Shown here piece by piece: positions 47,084 through 56,983 of a stretch of DNA of 64,000 bases. Both the position numbers and the translations under genes were made by a program. The notes below the pieces were generated by a model, which worked only from the letters and a program-made list of their open reading frames with translations, made no database searches and was not told where the DNA came from. How positions within the stretch are numbered: position 1 is the first letter of the stretch; each line of letters opens with the position of its first letter. Where the stretch lies: the NCBI GenBank assembly GCA_963711565.1, contig CAVQEQ010000002.1, positions 224,001-288,000 on the forward strand, read 5' to 3'. Source of the DNA: an uncultured delta proteobacterium (GTDB taxonomy: Bacteria; Desulfobacterota; Binatia; Binatales; Binataceae).

Positions 47084-47364
47084 CGCTTTAACTCCTGCTA
47101 CCGGAGATAGAGCAAAAGCCGCGCCGACCCGAATCCCTGAAAACCCTTCAGCGCTCGAGTTTATTTTACCGCTGGTGTGTAAAATCTATATTGTAAAATC
47201 TGCGGGCTGGGTGAACCGCGCGGACTACGCCATCGAATCGGTTTTCGTCTTCTTTCTTCTCTAAGCACCCTCTCGCGCAGCGGGCCCGATGACGCTAGTA
47301 TTCTGGCGTCATCGGGCCGGCGTTGCCGGCCGTTGAGTTCCTGTCACTTAGTTGAGGAGGCCTC

Positions 47365-47802
47365 ATGTCATTCCCGCGTCTCTTAGTGTTTGCAATCTTC
47401 CTGACACTTGCGGCAGCGCCCCTGGCTTCCCGGCCCGCGTGGGCCGCCGGCGAAGTAACCACGCCAAGCGGCCTGCGCATCATCAACGTCAAGCCGGGCA
47501 CCGGACCCGTGCCGCAAGCCGGCCAGACCGTGACGGTCAACTACACAGGCTGGCTGTTCGTCAACGGCAAAAAGGGCAAGAAATTCGATAGCTCGCTCGA
47601 CCGTGGCCAGCCGTTTTCTTTCACGCTCGGCCAGGGCCAGGTCATCAAGGGCTGGGACGAAGGCCTCGCCACCATGCATGTCGGGGGCAAGCGCACGCTG
47701 ATCATTCCGCCGGACTTGGGCTATGGCGCAAGCGGCGCCGGCGCCGACATCCCGCCGGGAGCCACTCTGATATTCGAGGTCGATCTTCTCAGCGTGAAGT
47801 AG
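47365..47802 (+). CDS. FKBP-type peptidyl-prolyl isomerase, secreted
   Basis: [41 protein letters not shown]. Confidence 0.95.
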   Translation: MSFPRLLVFAIFLTLAAAPLASRPAWAAGEVTTPSGLRIINVKPGTGPVPQAGQTVTVNYTGWLFVNGKKGKKFDSSLDRGQPFSFTLGQGQVIKGWDEGLATMHVGGKRTLIIPPDLGYGASGAGADIPPGATLIFEVDLLSVK

Positions 47803-48128
47803 CGGCGCTCGGCAGAGAACGCGAAAATCGCAGACTGGATGGCGGATGACGCAGTCTGGTGTGAACGAGTCTCAGCAGTAGATTCGCAATTGCTCGGTGG
47901 GACGTTGCGGCCGTGAAACAGGTCGAAGCGTTCAAAGCCCGTAACTCTATCGATATCGGCTACGATCTATCCAGAGTTACATCCGGCGTCAACTGATCAA
48001 CATACCCGACCCTGCCCGCAGGTCGCGAGCTTGGACCTGACGATTTCACGCTCGAACCGTTCTAGTCTTCCGGCAGTCGATTTGAGAAAATTTGAAGGCG
48101 CAACACCTGAAGGCAAACCGTACGCGCA

Positions 48129-49643
48129 ATGATGTTGAGATTCTCCCTGCACGCATTTTTTCTCGTTTCCGCACTGGGGTTCGTACTCCCTTCGCAAGCC
48201 CTTGCGCAGCTATCGATTCCGGGCAAGGTGATGACCTACCGAACTCTCGACCTCGACTCGGGGGAAGAGCTGGAACGGTCGCGCAGCTGGCAGGTATTGG
48301 ATGCCCATCGCGCCCGGGAGTTAACGGCGATCACTTACGCGATCGGAACCGAAGTCGTCGGCGAATGCACTTTCGCGAATGGATTCGATCGGCCGGCCAC
48401 GACCTTCCGATCGATCATGCGCAGCAAGACGGGTGAGCTCGAACGCTCCGATTTTGACACGTTCGATCCCAGCTACTATCCGTTTCTCGCCAAACCTATC
48501 GCCGCGAACGCGCAACCCGGCGCCTGCGTGTCAAAGAGGTCTCTCGATTTGGGGACTCTTGTGCGCGGAGGTCAAATCGAGACCTGGATTTGGTCCGACG
48601 GCGGATCTGTCGGGGCGATTTTTCGACCCGAAGATAACGAGAAGCTGGCTGTACCGGCCGGCACCTTCGATTCCCTGCGGGTCCGTATCGATCTCGATCT
48701 GAGCAAGGTTTTTCCGCACGTACCGGAGCTGTTCCTCAAGCTGGTCAAGCCTCATTTCACCATTTGGATTACGTGCCGCGAACCTTACTACGTGCTCAAG
48801 ATGGCGGGATTTGGCACGCCAAATAGCAAACTGCACACGAACACCGTGACCGAGTTGGCCTCGATTGGCGAACTGACTGCGAACGATTCGAAAATACCTG
48901 CTGAACTGGCGCAGGCCGATTCTGCCGGCGAACAGCCGCGCCTCCATGCCATCAACTCCGGCAGCTTCAGGCAAGGAGATCGCGCCGGTCACGTGACGTT
49001 CGCCAGCGCGTCGACCCCCGCGGGCGAGGAGCTGGCGGCTCGTGTCGCATTCAGCAATGGGCTGGCAACTGAAAGCCGCACGCTAATAGATCGCGGCGCA
49101 TCGCCGGCCACAGTCTACCTGGACGATCGCAGCCTTGCTGCGAACGGCGCGCTCGTTCGTAAGCATGTCATTTTCTTTCGTAAAGCCGCTTTTCCTAACG
49201 ATCCAAAGAAGGACCTACCTGCGGATCTGTACGGGGCGGACATGACGCTTGGCGCTATCCTGCCGCGTCTGCTGCCTGAAGGAAGCGACGAGGCGAGTTT
49301 TCACGTGATGGATTTTTCAGGTGAGGTGAACCAGCTGACCATTCACCGCGACGGGATGATGACGGTTGCTCTGGGTGGCGACGACAAGAGCTCGATTCAT
49401 GCGAAGCTGAAGCCCATCGTCGATACTCCGATTCTGATGCGACCGCTGGCGTACTTCTTCATTCCTTCATTCGACGCCTACTTCGATGCCGATTCGGGCC
49501 ATCGCCTGCTGAAGTTCGAGGGTCCGCTTGGTCCGCCTGGCGTTCCGAACGCGACGATGCTTGCCGATGAGAGGTTATCGGGCTCTGCAGACGGTGCGGC
49601 ACTTCCTGGGAATCAGCAGGATCAGGATTTCAGCCCTCGATAA
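48129..49643 (+). CDS. Secreted hypothetical protein with two related beta-rich (DUF3108-like) halves
   Basis: Signal peptide ALA-Q; LAVPAGTFDS motif; second half has parallel organisation. Confidence 0.6.
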   Translation: MMLRFSLHAFFLVSALGFVLPSQALAQLSIPGKVMTYRTLDLDSGEELERSRSWQVLDAHRARELTAITYAIGTEVVGECTFANGFDRPATTFRSIMRSKTGELERSDFDTFDPSYYPFLAKPIAANAQPGACVSKRSLDLGTLVRGGQIETWIWSDGGSVGAIFRPEDNEKLAVPAGTFDSLRVRIDLDLSKVFPHVPELFLKLVKPHFTIWITCREPYYVLKMAGFGTPNSKLHTNTVTELASIGELTANDSKIPAELAQADSAGEQPRLHAINSGSFRQGDRAGHVTFASASTPAGEELAARVAFSNGLATESRTLIDRGASPATVYLDDRSLAANGALVRKHVIFFRKAAFPNDPKKDLPADLYGADMTLGAILPRLLPEGSDEASFHVMDFSGEVNQLTIHRDGMMTVALGGDDKSSIHAKLKPIVDTPILMRPLAYFFIPSFDAYFDADSGHRLLKFEGPLGPPGVPNATMLADERLSGSADGAALPGNQQDQDFSPR

Positions 49644-49829
49644 CTGCTAGCGGGCACCAAGAAATCCCTCCTAGGCAGGTGCGAATCGAACACGCATGGA
49701 TTGGTTTTCATGCGCCACGAGTTCGGGCGTCGCGGTTACTCGGTATTCTGCCGCGATTTTGTCGCACATCGCGACCGAATCCAAGCTTCTCCGTTGGATG
49801 CATACGCCGGAAAATGCAAAATAGTTCGC

Positions 49830-50593
49830 CCGGACTTGACGGGTCGGCATCTGTGCAGCGGTTCACTCTGCCCAGTCTCACGAAGGATATAAGCTACGAC
49901 TTGGGCAGCAACAAATTCGACGGAGCCTACTTCGCATTGGATCTTCAGGTCGCGCCAGGCGCGCCACATACAACCGCTGTCAGCCTTGGAAACACGAGCG
50001 TAAGTCCGGAAGCAGAGGGGGGCGTCGTAATTTACGACGACGCGACCCCTCGCACCAACATCGCGGACGGATGGGATGCCGCGCCGGATCTTTACGATTC
50101 GCTTCAATGGGGCGCCGACGATACGGTGCTTTATGCCGCCAACACGGAAGACACCGCCTTCGACTTCTATAGCCTCGCGATCAACTCGATGGGGGTCGCG
50201 TCGGACGACGATTATTCGGCCACTTTTGCATCTTTCAACGACAATATTCATTTCGACCAAACTACCGGACTCATCTATGCGGACTATGGCCTCGTTATAA
50301 ATCCTTCGAATGCGCAGCTGGTCGGCACTTTCTCGCCAAGCAACTTTCCGACCGTGATGGTGCCTGATTCGACGCTGAACGGGGCATTCTTTATCGAAGA
50401 CGGCGGCACCCTCCAAAGCTTCAATCTGGATGAGTTCACTCGCATAAACTCCATCACAATCCCGGATTTTCAGGGAGACATCGTCGACTATCCCGGTGCT
50501 TTCATTCGAATCGTCCGATTTGGCAACAATGGCCTCGCCTTCAATACCTACGATGGCCCCGTTTACCTGATCGGCGGGAATTTCGTGCACTGA
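49830..50593 (+). pseudogene. C-terminal fragment of a beta-propeller-like surface protein
   Basis: Protein-like part starts abruptly (LDGSASVQRFTLP..SLQWG..RFGNNGLAF) with no convincing start or signal peptide. Confidence 0.5.
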
Positions 50594-50852
50594 GGGCTAA
50601 TAAGACGACAGGTGAGAAGGGGCACCGGCTCAGTTCTCAACAGAGAGAATCGCGCACGAGTCAGCTGCCGACCGCCGAATCCGAGCTTCTTCGGTGCCCA
50701 CAGAAGCTCGAGCGCGGCAGCATGACACCGGTTCATACTCGCGCTTCTACTCCGCAAGACCCTGAAGCGAAAGGCTGCCTAGTCGTTACATCGGTCGGAA
50801 ATCGCCGTGCCGCGAGTGCGCCCGGGCCTTGCGGGACAAAGGCGGTGGTACT

Positions 50853-51293
50853 ATGAGGTCGGGCGTGGCTGGCGAACGTCCGGATGCGGAGATCATGGCG
50901 CCGATCGAGCGGATCGCGCGGTTCATGGAAACTCTCGATTCCCAATTTCTCAACGATTCCTTCGCGGGCGGAGAGGTCGTGCTGATCGAGAATTTCCCGC
51001 CCTACGTTTTCGAGGGCGGCGATGCAGTTGCGCGATGGGCGACAGGTTTCGCGGAGCATGCGAAAAATATCAGGGATCTCCGACATTCTTTCGGCGATCC
51101 GCACGATTTTCACCAAGACGGCGAGCTTGCGTTCCTTTCTCTGCCTACGACCTGGCGAGGCACAATCGGCGCAAGGTCATTCATCGAAACCGGCGGCTGG
51201 GCCTTCGTGCTCGTGAAGCATGCAGGCAGCTGGCGCGTGCGGAACTATGGTTGGGCGGTGACGAGCGTCGCCCTAAAGGCCCGCGCCAGTTGA
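50853..51293 (+). CDS. NTF2/SnoaL-like hypothetical protein
   Basis: IENFPPY.F.G..AVARW, ETGGWAFVLVK..GSWRV..YGW. Confidence 0.65.
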   Translation: MRSGVAGERPDAEIMAPIERIARFMETLDSQFLNDSFAGGEVVLIENFPPYVFEGGDAVARWATGFAEHAKNIRDLRHSFGDPHDFHQDGELAFLSLPTTWRGTIGARSFIETGGWAFVLVKHAGSWRVRNYGWAVTSVALKARAS

Positions 51294-51418
51294 TTCATCC
51301 CGAAGGGACCAAGGATCCGATCGGACGCTTCGAGGCGACGATGGGCCCGGTCAGCGAACAAGCGAAGGAGCGATTCTACAGCCGCAACCTCGCCGAGATG
51401 ATGAGTGACGCCGCATGA
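51293..51418 (+). pseudogene. C-terminal remnant of an amidohydrolase-family gene
   Basis: HPEGTKDPIGRFE..AKERFYSRNLAEM matches amidohydrolase_2 C-termini; no start. Confidence 0.5.
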
Positions 51419-51567
51419 CTTGAGTTCATCGGACGGGAACCGGGCAACTCTTGTCGAGCGAAAGATGAATCGCTCCAGCCTTTGGGTAAGCCGTGCTGGG
51501 AGTTTCGCGCGCCGACCTTACATACAAACTAGGAAACCATTGGATTGAAGCCGGCCGAGAAACTTCG

Positions 51568-52344
51568 TCAACTATCCGCGATCACGATCCAGGTGGGCGC
51601 GTGATCACTCGCTTTTTCCCAGCCGCGAACTTCGCGATCGACGCCTGCGCTAATGAGTCGCGGCGCTGCCGACGGACTCAGAAGCAGATGATCGATACGC
51701 AAGCCCGCATCGCGCGCATAGTTGTTTCGGAAGTAATCCCAAAAAGTGTAGATACGCTCATCCGGATGCAGCTTGCGCAAAGAGTCAGTCCAGCCCATCG
51801 CGACAAGATTGGCGAACGCGCTGCGTACCTCCGGCAGAAAGAGCGCATCCTTGATCCAGTGTTCTGGCTTGTAGACGTCAATCTCGGTCGGGATAACGTT
51901 GTAGTCGCCGGCCAGAACTACGGGCTCAGCCGTGGCGAGTAGCTCTTGCGCGTGATTCGTCAAGCGTTCCAACCATCGCAGTTTGTAATCGAACTTCGGG
52001 CCGGGCGCTGGATTGCCGTTAGGCAGATAGAGACATCCTACGCGCACACCGTTGATCAGCGCTTCAATATAGCGACTGTGTGTGTCGTCTGGATCGCCGG
52101 GCAGGCCGCGACGACTCTCGACAGGATCTGCGCCGCGAGCAAGGATTGCTACACCATTCCAGCTCTTCTGCCCGTGCCAGATCACGCCATAGCCGGCTTC
52201 GCGAACAGCGACTTCGGGAAATTTCTCCTGAGGCGCCTTCAACTCCTGAAGACACGCGACATCCGGCTTGGATTCCGCGAGCCAGCGTAGCAGCGCCGGC
52301 AGGCGCGCACCGATGCCATTGACGTTGTAGGTCGCTATCTTCAT
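51568..52344 (-). CDS. xth: Exodeoxyribonuclease III / AP endonuclease
   Basis: IATYNVNG, LQELK, YLPNG, GDYN, YTFWDY, GLRIDH, SDHAP. Confidence 0.95.
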   Translation of the reverse strand: MKIATYNVNGIGARLPALLRWLAESKPDVACLQELKAPQEKFPEVAVREAGYGVIWHGQKSWNGVAILARGADPVESRRGLPGDPDDTHSRYIEALINGVRVGCLYLPNGNPAPGPKFDYKLRWLERLTNHAQELLATAEPVVLAGDYNVIPTEIDVYKPEHWIKDALFLPEVRSAFANLVAMGWTDSLRKLHPDERIYTFWDYFRNNYARDAGLRIDHLLLSPSAAPRLISAGVDREVRGWEKASDHAPTWIVIADS

Positions 52345-52418
52345 TGAGCCTTCGATTGGTCCGCGACAGAGTCAGATCAAACCTGTTACATCGCGCCAAT
52401 GATTTGTAGACTTAGCTT

Positions 52419-53726
52419 GTGCCGAAGGAAGACGCTACCGAGTTGCTCTCGATAAACGGACACGAGGTTCGCGTTAGCAACCCGAACAAGCTGTATTTCT
52501 CGAAGCAGACGAAGCTCTCGAAACTGGAGCTAATTCGCTATTACTTGTCGATCGCGCCGGGCGCGCTCGCTGGAATCTGCGACCGTCCCCTGGTCCTCAA
52601 GCGCTACGTCAACGGAGCCGAAGGCGAGGCCTTCTATCAGAAGCGCGCACCAGCGCAGCGCCCGCTGTGGCTGCGAACGATAACGCTCGCGTTCCCCTCA
52701 GGCCGCACTGCGGAAGAAATCGTTGTCGATGACGCTGCAGGGCTTGCCTGGATCGTAAATCTTGGTTGCATCGAGCTGCATCCGCATCCTGTGCGCTCCA
52801 GCAATCTCGATCATCCGGACGAGTTGAGGGTCGATCTCGATCCCGGTCCTGGCGTCAGTTGGCCGGACGTGCGCACTGTCGCGCTCGAGGTGAAGTCGAT
52901 TCTGACTGAGATGGGCCTTCGCGGCTGGCCCAAGACCAGCGGGTCGCGCGGGATACACATCAACGTGCGGATCTTTCCGCGATGGACCTTCGACGAGGTG
53001 CGTCGGGCGGCGCTCGCTCTATCACGGGCGGTCGAACGGCGCGCGCCCACATTGGCCACATCTAAATGGTGGAAAGAGGAGCGGCATGGCGTTTTCCTCG
53101 ACTACAATCAGAACGCGAAGGACCGCACGACCTGCTCGGCATATTCTGTGCGACCGGTCCTGGACGCTCGCGTCTCGGCGCCGCTTCACCGGCACGAAGT
53201 TCCTGACTGCGCGGCGTCCGACTTTACTGTGCTCACAATTCCGAAACGATTCGCCGAGATTGGCGATCCGCAAGAAGGCATCGACGGGGCGGCGGGATCG
53301 CTCGAAAAACTACTCGAGCTTGCTGCACGAGACGAGGCCGCGGGCCTTGGCGATGCGCCCTGGCCGCCGCATTTTCGCAAGACGGAGAACGAACCGCGTC
53401 GGGTGGCACCTTCGCGCGCCAAGCCCGTCTCGAAACCGCCACGAACGAAGATGCCTTTGATTGTTGTTGCGAACTCACCAAGTAAGGCGGCCGCGCTTTC
53501 GGGTCTGGAAAGATGGCGCCACAAACATCCCGAGGTCGCGAAGCTTCTCGCCGCCGATGACGTGCTGGTCGATTCTATGCGGGGCAGATCGTCCAGCTGG
53601 ACGCGAATTCGAATCAACCTGCGCCATGTGCCCGAAGAACTACGGCCTCTGAATGAAACTCCCGATCCTGATGACGACCCAACTCGCGAATGGCGCAAGA
53701 TGCACGCGTCGAAGAAATCTACTTGA
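52419..53726 (+). CDS. LigD-type primase-polymerase domain protein (Prim-PolC-like) with C-terminal extension
   Basis: FYQKRAP, ELRVDLDP, KTSGSRGIH, FLDYNQN..DRT..SAYSVR. Confidence 0.9.
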   Translation: MPKEDATELLSINGHEVRVSNPNKLYFSKQTKLSKLELIRYYLSIAPGALAGICDRPLVLKRYVNGAEGEAFYQKRAPAQRPLWLRTITLAFPSGRTAEEIVVDDAAGLAWIVNLGCIELHPHPVRSSNLDHPDELRVDLDPGPGVSWPDVRTVALEVKSILTEMGLRGWPKTSGSRGIHINVRIFPRWTFDEVRRAALALSRAVERRAPTLATSKWWKEERHGVFLDYNQNAKDRTTCSAYSVRPVLDARVSAPLHRHEVPDCAASDFTVLTIPKRFAEIGDPQEGIDGAAGSLEKLLELAARDEAAGLGDAPWPPHFRKTENEPRRVAPSRAKPVSKPPRTKMPLIVVANSPSKAAALSGLERWRHKHPEVAKLLAADDVLVDSMRGRSSSWTRIRINLRHVPEELRPLNETPDPDDDPTREWRKMHASKKST

Positions 53727-53738
53727 GCAGAGTACGCC

Positions 53739-54821
53739 CTAGATGTCTCCCGCGAAAATCGCTTTCAGCTCGTGCGGCGGAACGACTTCAAGCTGCGCGT
53801 AGGTGCAATCGCGCGGCTTCTTGTCGGTACGCCATTTCCGGAACTGCGCCATATGACGGAATCGCCTGCCCTGCATATGCTCGTACGCAACTTCGACTAC
53901 CAGTTCGGGTCGGAGAGGCTCCCAAGACAGATCCTTGCCGTGGCTCCAACGGCTCTGGCCTCCCGGCATCCGATGCGTTGCGTCATTTGAAGTCAGCTCG
54001 TCCCACGACTTCCATGGATGATCGGCGAGAGCGTCGCGCCGATAGGAAGCCAGAAACTTCACCAGCTCCCGGCGCTTGGTTTGCGTGAAGCTCGCGCAAA
54101 CGCCGACGTGTTGCAGAGCGCCCGAATCGTCATATAGGCCGAGCAGCAGCGAGCCCACGGCCGTCTCCTCGCCTCCTTTGTGCCATCGAAAGCCGGCCAC
54201 GACGCAATCGCAGTCGCGCTCATGCTTAACCTTGAACATCACCCGCTTGTCAGGTTGATAGGTAGCGGAAATCGGCTTGGCCATAACCCCGTCGAGGCCC
54301 GCGCCTTCAAAACGCCTGAACCAATCCGACGCGACACTTGCTTCACGAGTCGCCGGAGTCAGATGGATTGGCGGCGTCGCGCGTGCCAGCAACGACTCCA
54401 ACTTTTCGCGCCGCCGCTCGAACGGTTCGCTCCGCCAATCGCTATCGCCTTCGCACAACAGATCGAAAAAGACGATCGACGCCGGACTCTGTTGCGACAG
54501 CAGTTTCACCCGCGAGGCAGCCGGATGAATCCGAAGCTGCAATTCCTCGAAGTCGAGCCCGTCGTTCTTTGCGACCACGATCTCGCCGTCGAGAACACAT
54601 CGGGCGGGAAGCTGCGAACCCAGTGTCTCGACTAACTCTGGGAAGTATCGATTCAGGGATTTCGCATCGCGGCTCTGAATGAGGATTTCGTCCCCATCGC
54701 GAAAGACCAACGCGCGAAACCCATCCCACTTCGGTTCGAAGATCCAGGTTTGGCCCGCCGGCAACTCGTTAGTCCGCTTCGCGAGCATCGGCAGCACCGG
54801 CGGGTTCACGGGAAGATGCAC
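53739..54821 (-). CDS. ligC: ATP-dependent DNA ligase, LigC type
   Basis: PMLA, EPKWDGFR, LDGEIV, FDLL, DGVMAK, KVKH, PELVVEV, WRTDK. Confidence 0.88.
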   Translation of the reverse strand: MHLPVNPPVLPMLAKRTNELPAGQTWIFEPKWDGFRALVFRDGDEILIQSRDAKSLNRYFPELVETLGSQLPARCVLDGEIVVAKNDGLDFEELQLRIHPAASRVKLLSQQSPASIVFFDLLCEGDSDWRSEPFERRREKLESLLARATPPIHLTPATREASVASDWFRRFEGAGLDGVMAKPISATYQPDKRVMFKVKHERDCDCVVAGFRWHKGGEETAVGSLLLGLYDDSGALQHVGVCASFTQTKRRELVKFLASYRRDALADHPWKSWDELTSNDATHRMPGGQSRWSHGKDLSWEPLRPELVVEVAYEHMQGRRFRHMAQFRKWRTDKKPRDCTYAQLEVVPPHELKAIFAGDI

Positions 54822-54907
54822 GCTTCCACGCTATTACCGCGATGCGAGCGAAATCTACAACTGGTTCGCCGAATGCTTCGACAGCCCGATCGCAACCTAA
54901 GTGAGAA

Positions 54908-55014
54908 GCGTCAAGAACGTTACGTCCTCGACCGGCTATCTGGTGGACAAGACAACCGACCAGATCCTTGAGCAGGTAGTCAACTACTACAATCGACAGG
55001 GCTGGTCGTCCTGA
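54908..55014 (+). pseudogene. Probable C-terminal gene remnant (DUF4410-like ending)
   Basis: SVKNVTSSTGYLVDKTTDQILEQVVNYYNRQGW* with no upstream start. Confidence 0.35.
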
Positions 55015-55356
55015 TGAATCAAGCCCCAGGCGCTAATGTGCGATCACCAGAGCGCTTCCGAAGAGGGCAATGCAATCGCGAAGCCTGCGCATACGTGGCA
55101 GAAGCAGGAGGAGTATGAATACTGTGTAAAGGGCCGTTCCCAAGAGCAGCGGAGTCGCCGTGCGCGGCGGTCGAAGGGCTCGAACTCCGGCTCGCCTACG
55201 AATGCTGGAGCCCGCCGATCGTCACCCAGGTCGCGACTTGACACCGAGATCAGTGAATGGCAGGAATCGAGCTTTGAAAGCTAAAAAGGAAATTCCGGCT
55301 TACTGTCTGCTGCCCCCTCTCAATCGTTGTCCTGATGTTATGGCTGGATCACCTGG

Positions 55357-56976
55357 ATGCTGAAGAAATCACTGTGCAAGCGCAGAAGATCTGTAAGCAT
55401 TGTGGGTCTGGTTCGGCTGATGGTGCTCGGCCTCAGCGCACTCACCGGCGCCTGCATGATCGGCCCGGATTACAAGCCGCCGCCCGCGCCCGTCGCCAAA
55501 GTTTGGATGGAGCGCGGCAAGGCGTCGGTCGATACGGGACGGCAGGAGTATCGGGATTGGTGGTCGGTCTTTAACGATCCGGTACTGTCGCGGCTGATTG
55601 AAATCGCGTATCGGCAGAACCTGACGCTGATGACTGCTGGTGTGCGTGTGCTCGAAGCTCGTGCGCAACTGGGTGTGGCTATTGGCGAATTCTTTCCGCA
55701 ACAGCAGTCGGTGGGAGCGTCGGTCAGCTACAACCGGCTTCCCATTTCGGTTCCGTACCATCTTCTCAGCAACACTTACTGGTCGGATTCATTCGGCGCC
55801 CAGGCGGGTTGGGAACTGGACGTATGGGGAAAGTTACGTCGCGGAATCGAGACGGCCGACGACTCGTTCCTGGCGTCGGTAGCCGACTATGACGATGTGC
55901 TGGTGACGCTGACCGGCGACGTTGCCAGTGACTATGTACAAATTCGAACAATCGAAAAGCAGATCATGATTGCGCGCGACAACGTGGTGCGGCAACGAGA
56001 TGCGTACAAGATAGCGGTAGCAAAGTATCGCGGCGGTGCGGCGACCAAGCGAGACGTTTATCAGTCGGAGAACGTGCTTGATACGACGCAAGCATCGATC
56101 CCGCAATTGGATCTTCAATTGCAACAGACCAAGAACGCAGTGTCGGTGCTGCTGGGGATGCCGCCGGGAACGCTGGACCAATACCTGGCGGGTAGTTCGG
56201 AGATTCCCACTGCGCCGGACAAGGTCGCGGTGGGTATCCCGGCGGACCTGCTCCTGCGCCGACCGGATCTTCGCAAGGCAGAACTGCAGGCCGCTGCCCA
56301 ATGCGCGCAGATAGGTTTCGTCAAGGCCGATCTGCTGCCCGCCTTCAACTTAACGGGTAGTATCTCGACGGTGGCGGCAACGATATCAGGAGGCACTCTG
56401 GCAAGCGTCTTCACAGGAAGCAGCTTGACGTGGAATGTCGGTCCCAACGTGCAATGGAATATCCTCAACTATGGGCAGATCACCAACAACGTTCGCGTGC
56501 AGGACGCGAAATTTCAGGAGCTTCAGATCACCTATCAGAATCAGGTGCTGACGGCTCAGCAGGAGGTCGAGAACGGAATCATCGCGTTTGTGGACTCGCG
56601 GCTTGCCGTCGATTTTCTCCAGAAAAGCGTGATTGCGGCGGAGGGGGCTTTGAACATCGCGATGATCCAGTACAACCAGGGCATCCTGGATTTCACGACC
56701 GTGCTGACGGCGGAGCAGAACCTCTACCAGGCGCAGAACAGCCTCGCGATCGAGATGGGAGACGTTCCGCAGGCATTGATCGCGACATATCGCGCGCTCG
56801 GTGGCGGTTGGCAGATTCGGGAAGGCAATGATTTTGTGCCGCGAGAGGTGCAGGCCACGATGGCGAATCGCACAAATTGGGGAACCCTGCTTTCGCCCGA
56901 ACTCCTGCAGCCACGCGCGCCAGGGGTGCCGTCACCCAAGGACGAGGGCTCCCTGATCCGGCCGCCCGAATGGTGA
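55357..56976 (+). CDS. RND efflux outer membrane lipoprotein (NodT/OprM family)
   Basis: Lipobox ..TGAC-MIGPDY, WWSVFNDPVL, WELDVWG, LLRRPDLR, YRALGGGW. Confidence 0.92.
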   Translation: MLKKSLCKRRRSVSIVGLVRLMVLGLSALTGACMIGPDYKPPPAPVAKVWMERGKASVDTGRQEYRDWWSVFNDPVLSRLIEIAYRQNLTLMTAGVRVLEARAQLGVAIGEFFPQQQSVGASVSYNRLPISVPYHLLSNTYWSDSFGAQAGWELDVWGKLRRGIETADDSFLASVADYDDVLVTLTGDVASDYVQIRTIEKQIMIARDNVVRQRDAYKIAVAKYRGGAATKRDVYQSENVLDTTQASIPQLDLQLQQTKNAVSVLLGMPPGTLDQYLAGSSEIPTAPDKVAVGIPADLLLRRPDLRKAELQAAAQCAQIGFVKADLLPAFNLTGSISTVAATISGGTLASVFTGSSLTWNVGPNVQWNILNYGQITNNVRVQDAKFQELQITYQNQVLTAQQEVENGIIAFVDSRLAVDFLQKSVIAAEGALNIAMIQYNQGILDFTTVLTAEQNLYQAQNSLAIEMGDVPQALIATYRALGGGWQIREGNDFVPREVQATMANRTNWGTLLSPELLQPRAPGVPSPKDEGSLIRPPEW

Positions 56977-56983
56977 GAACCCG

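Noticed and set aside
52419-54821. Ku/LigD NHEJ operon
   Set aside because: No Ku or phosphoesterase domain here; sequences fit Prim-PolC/LigC better
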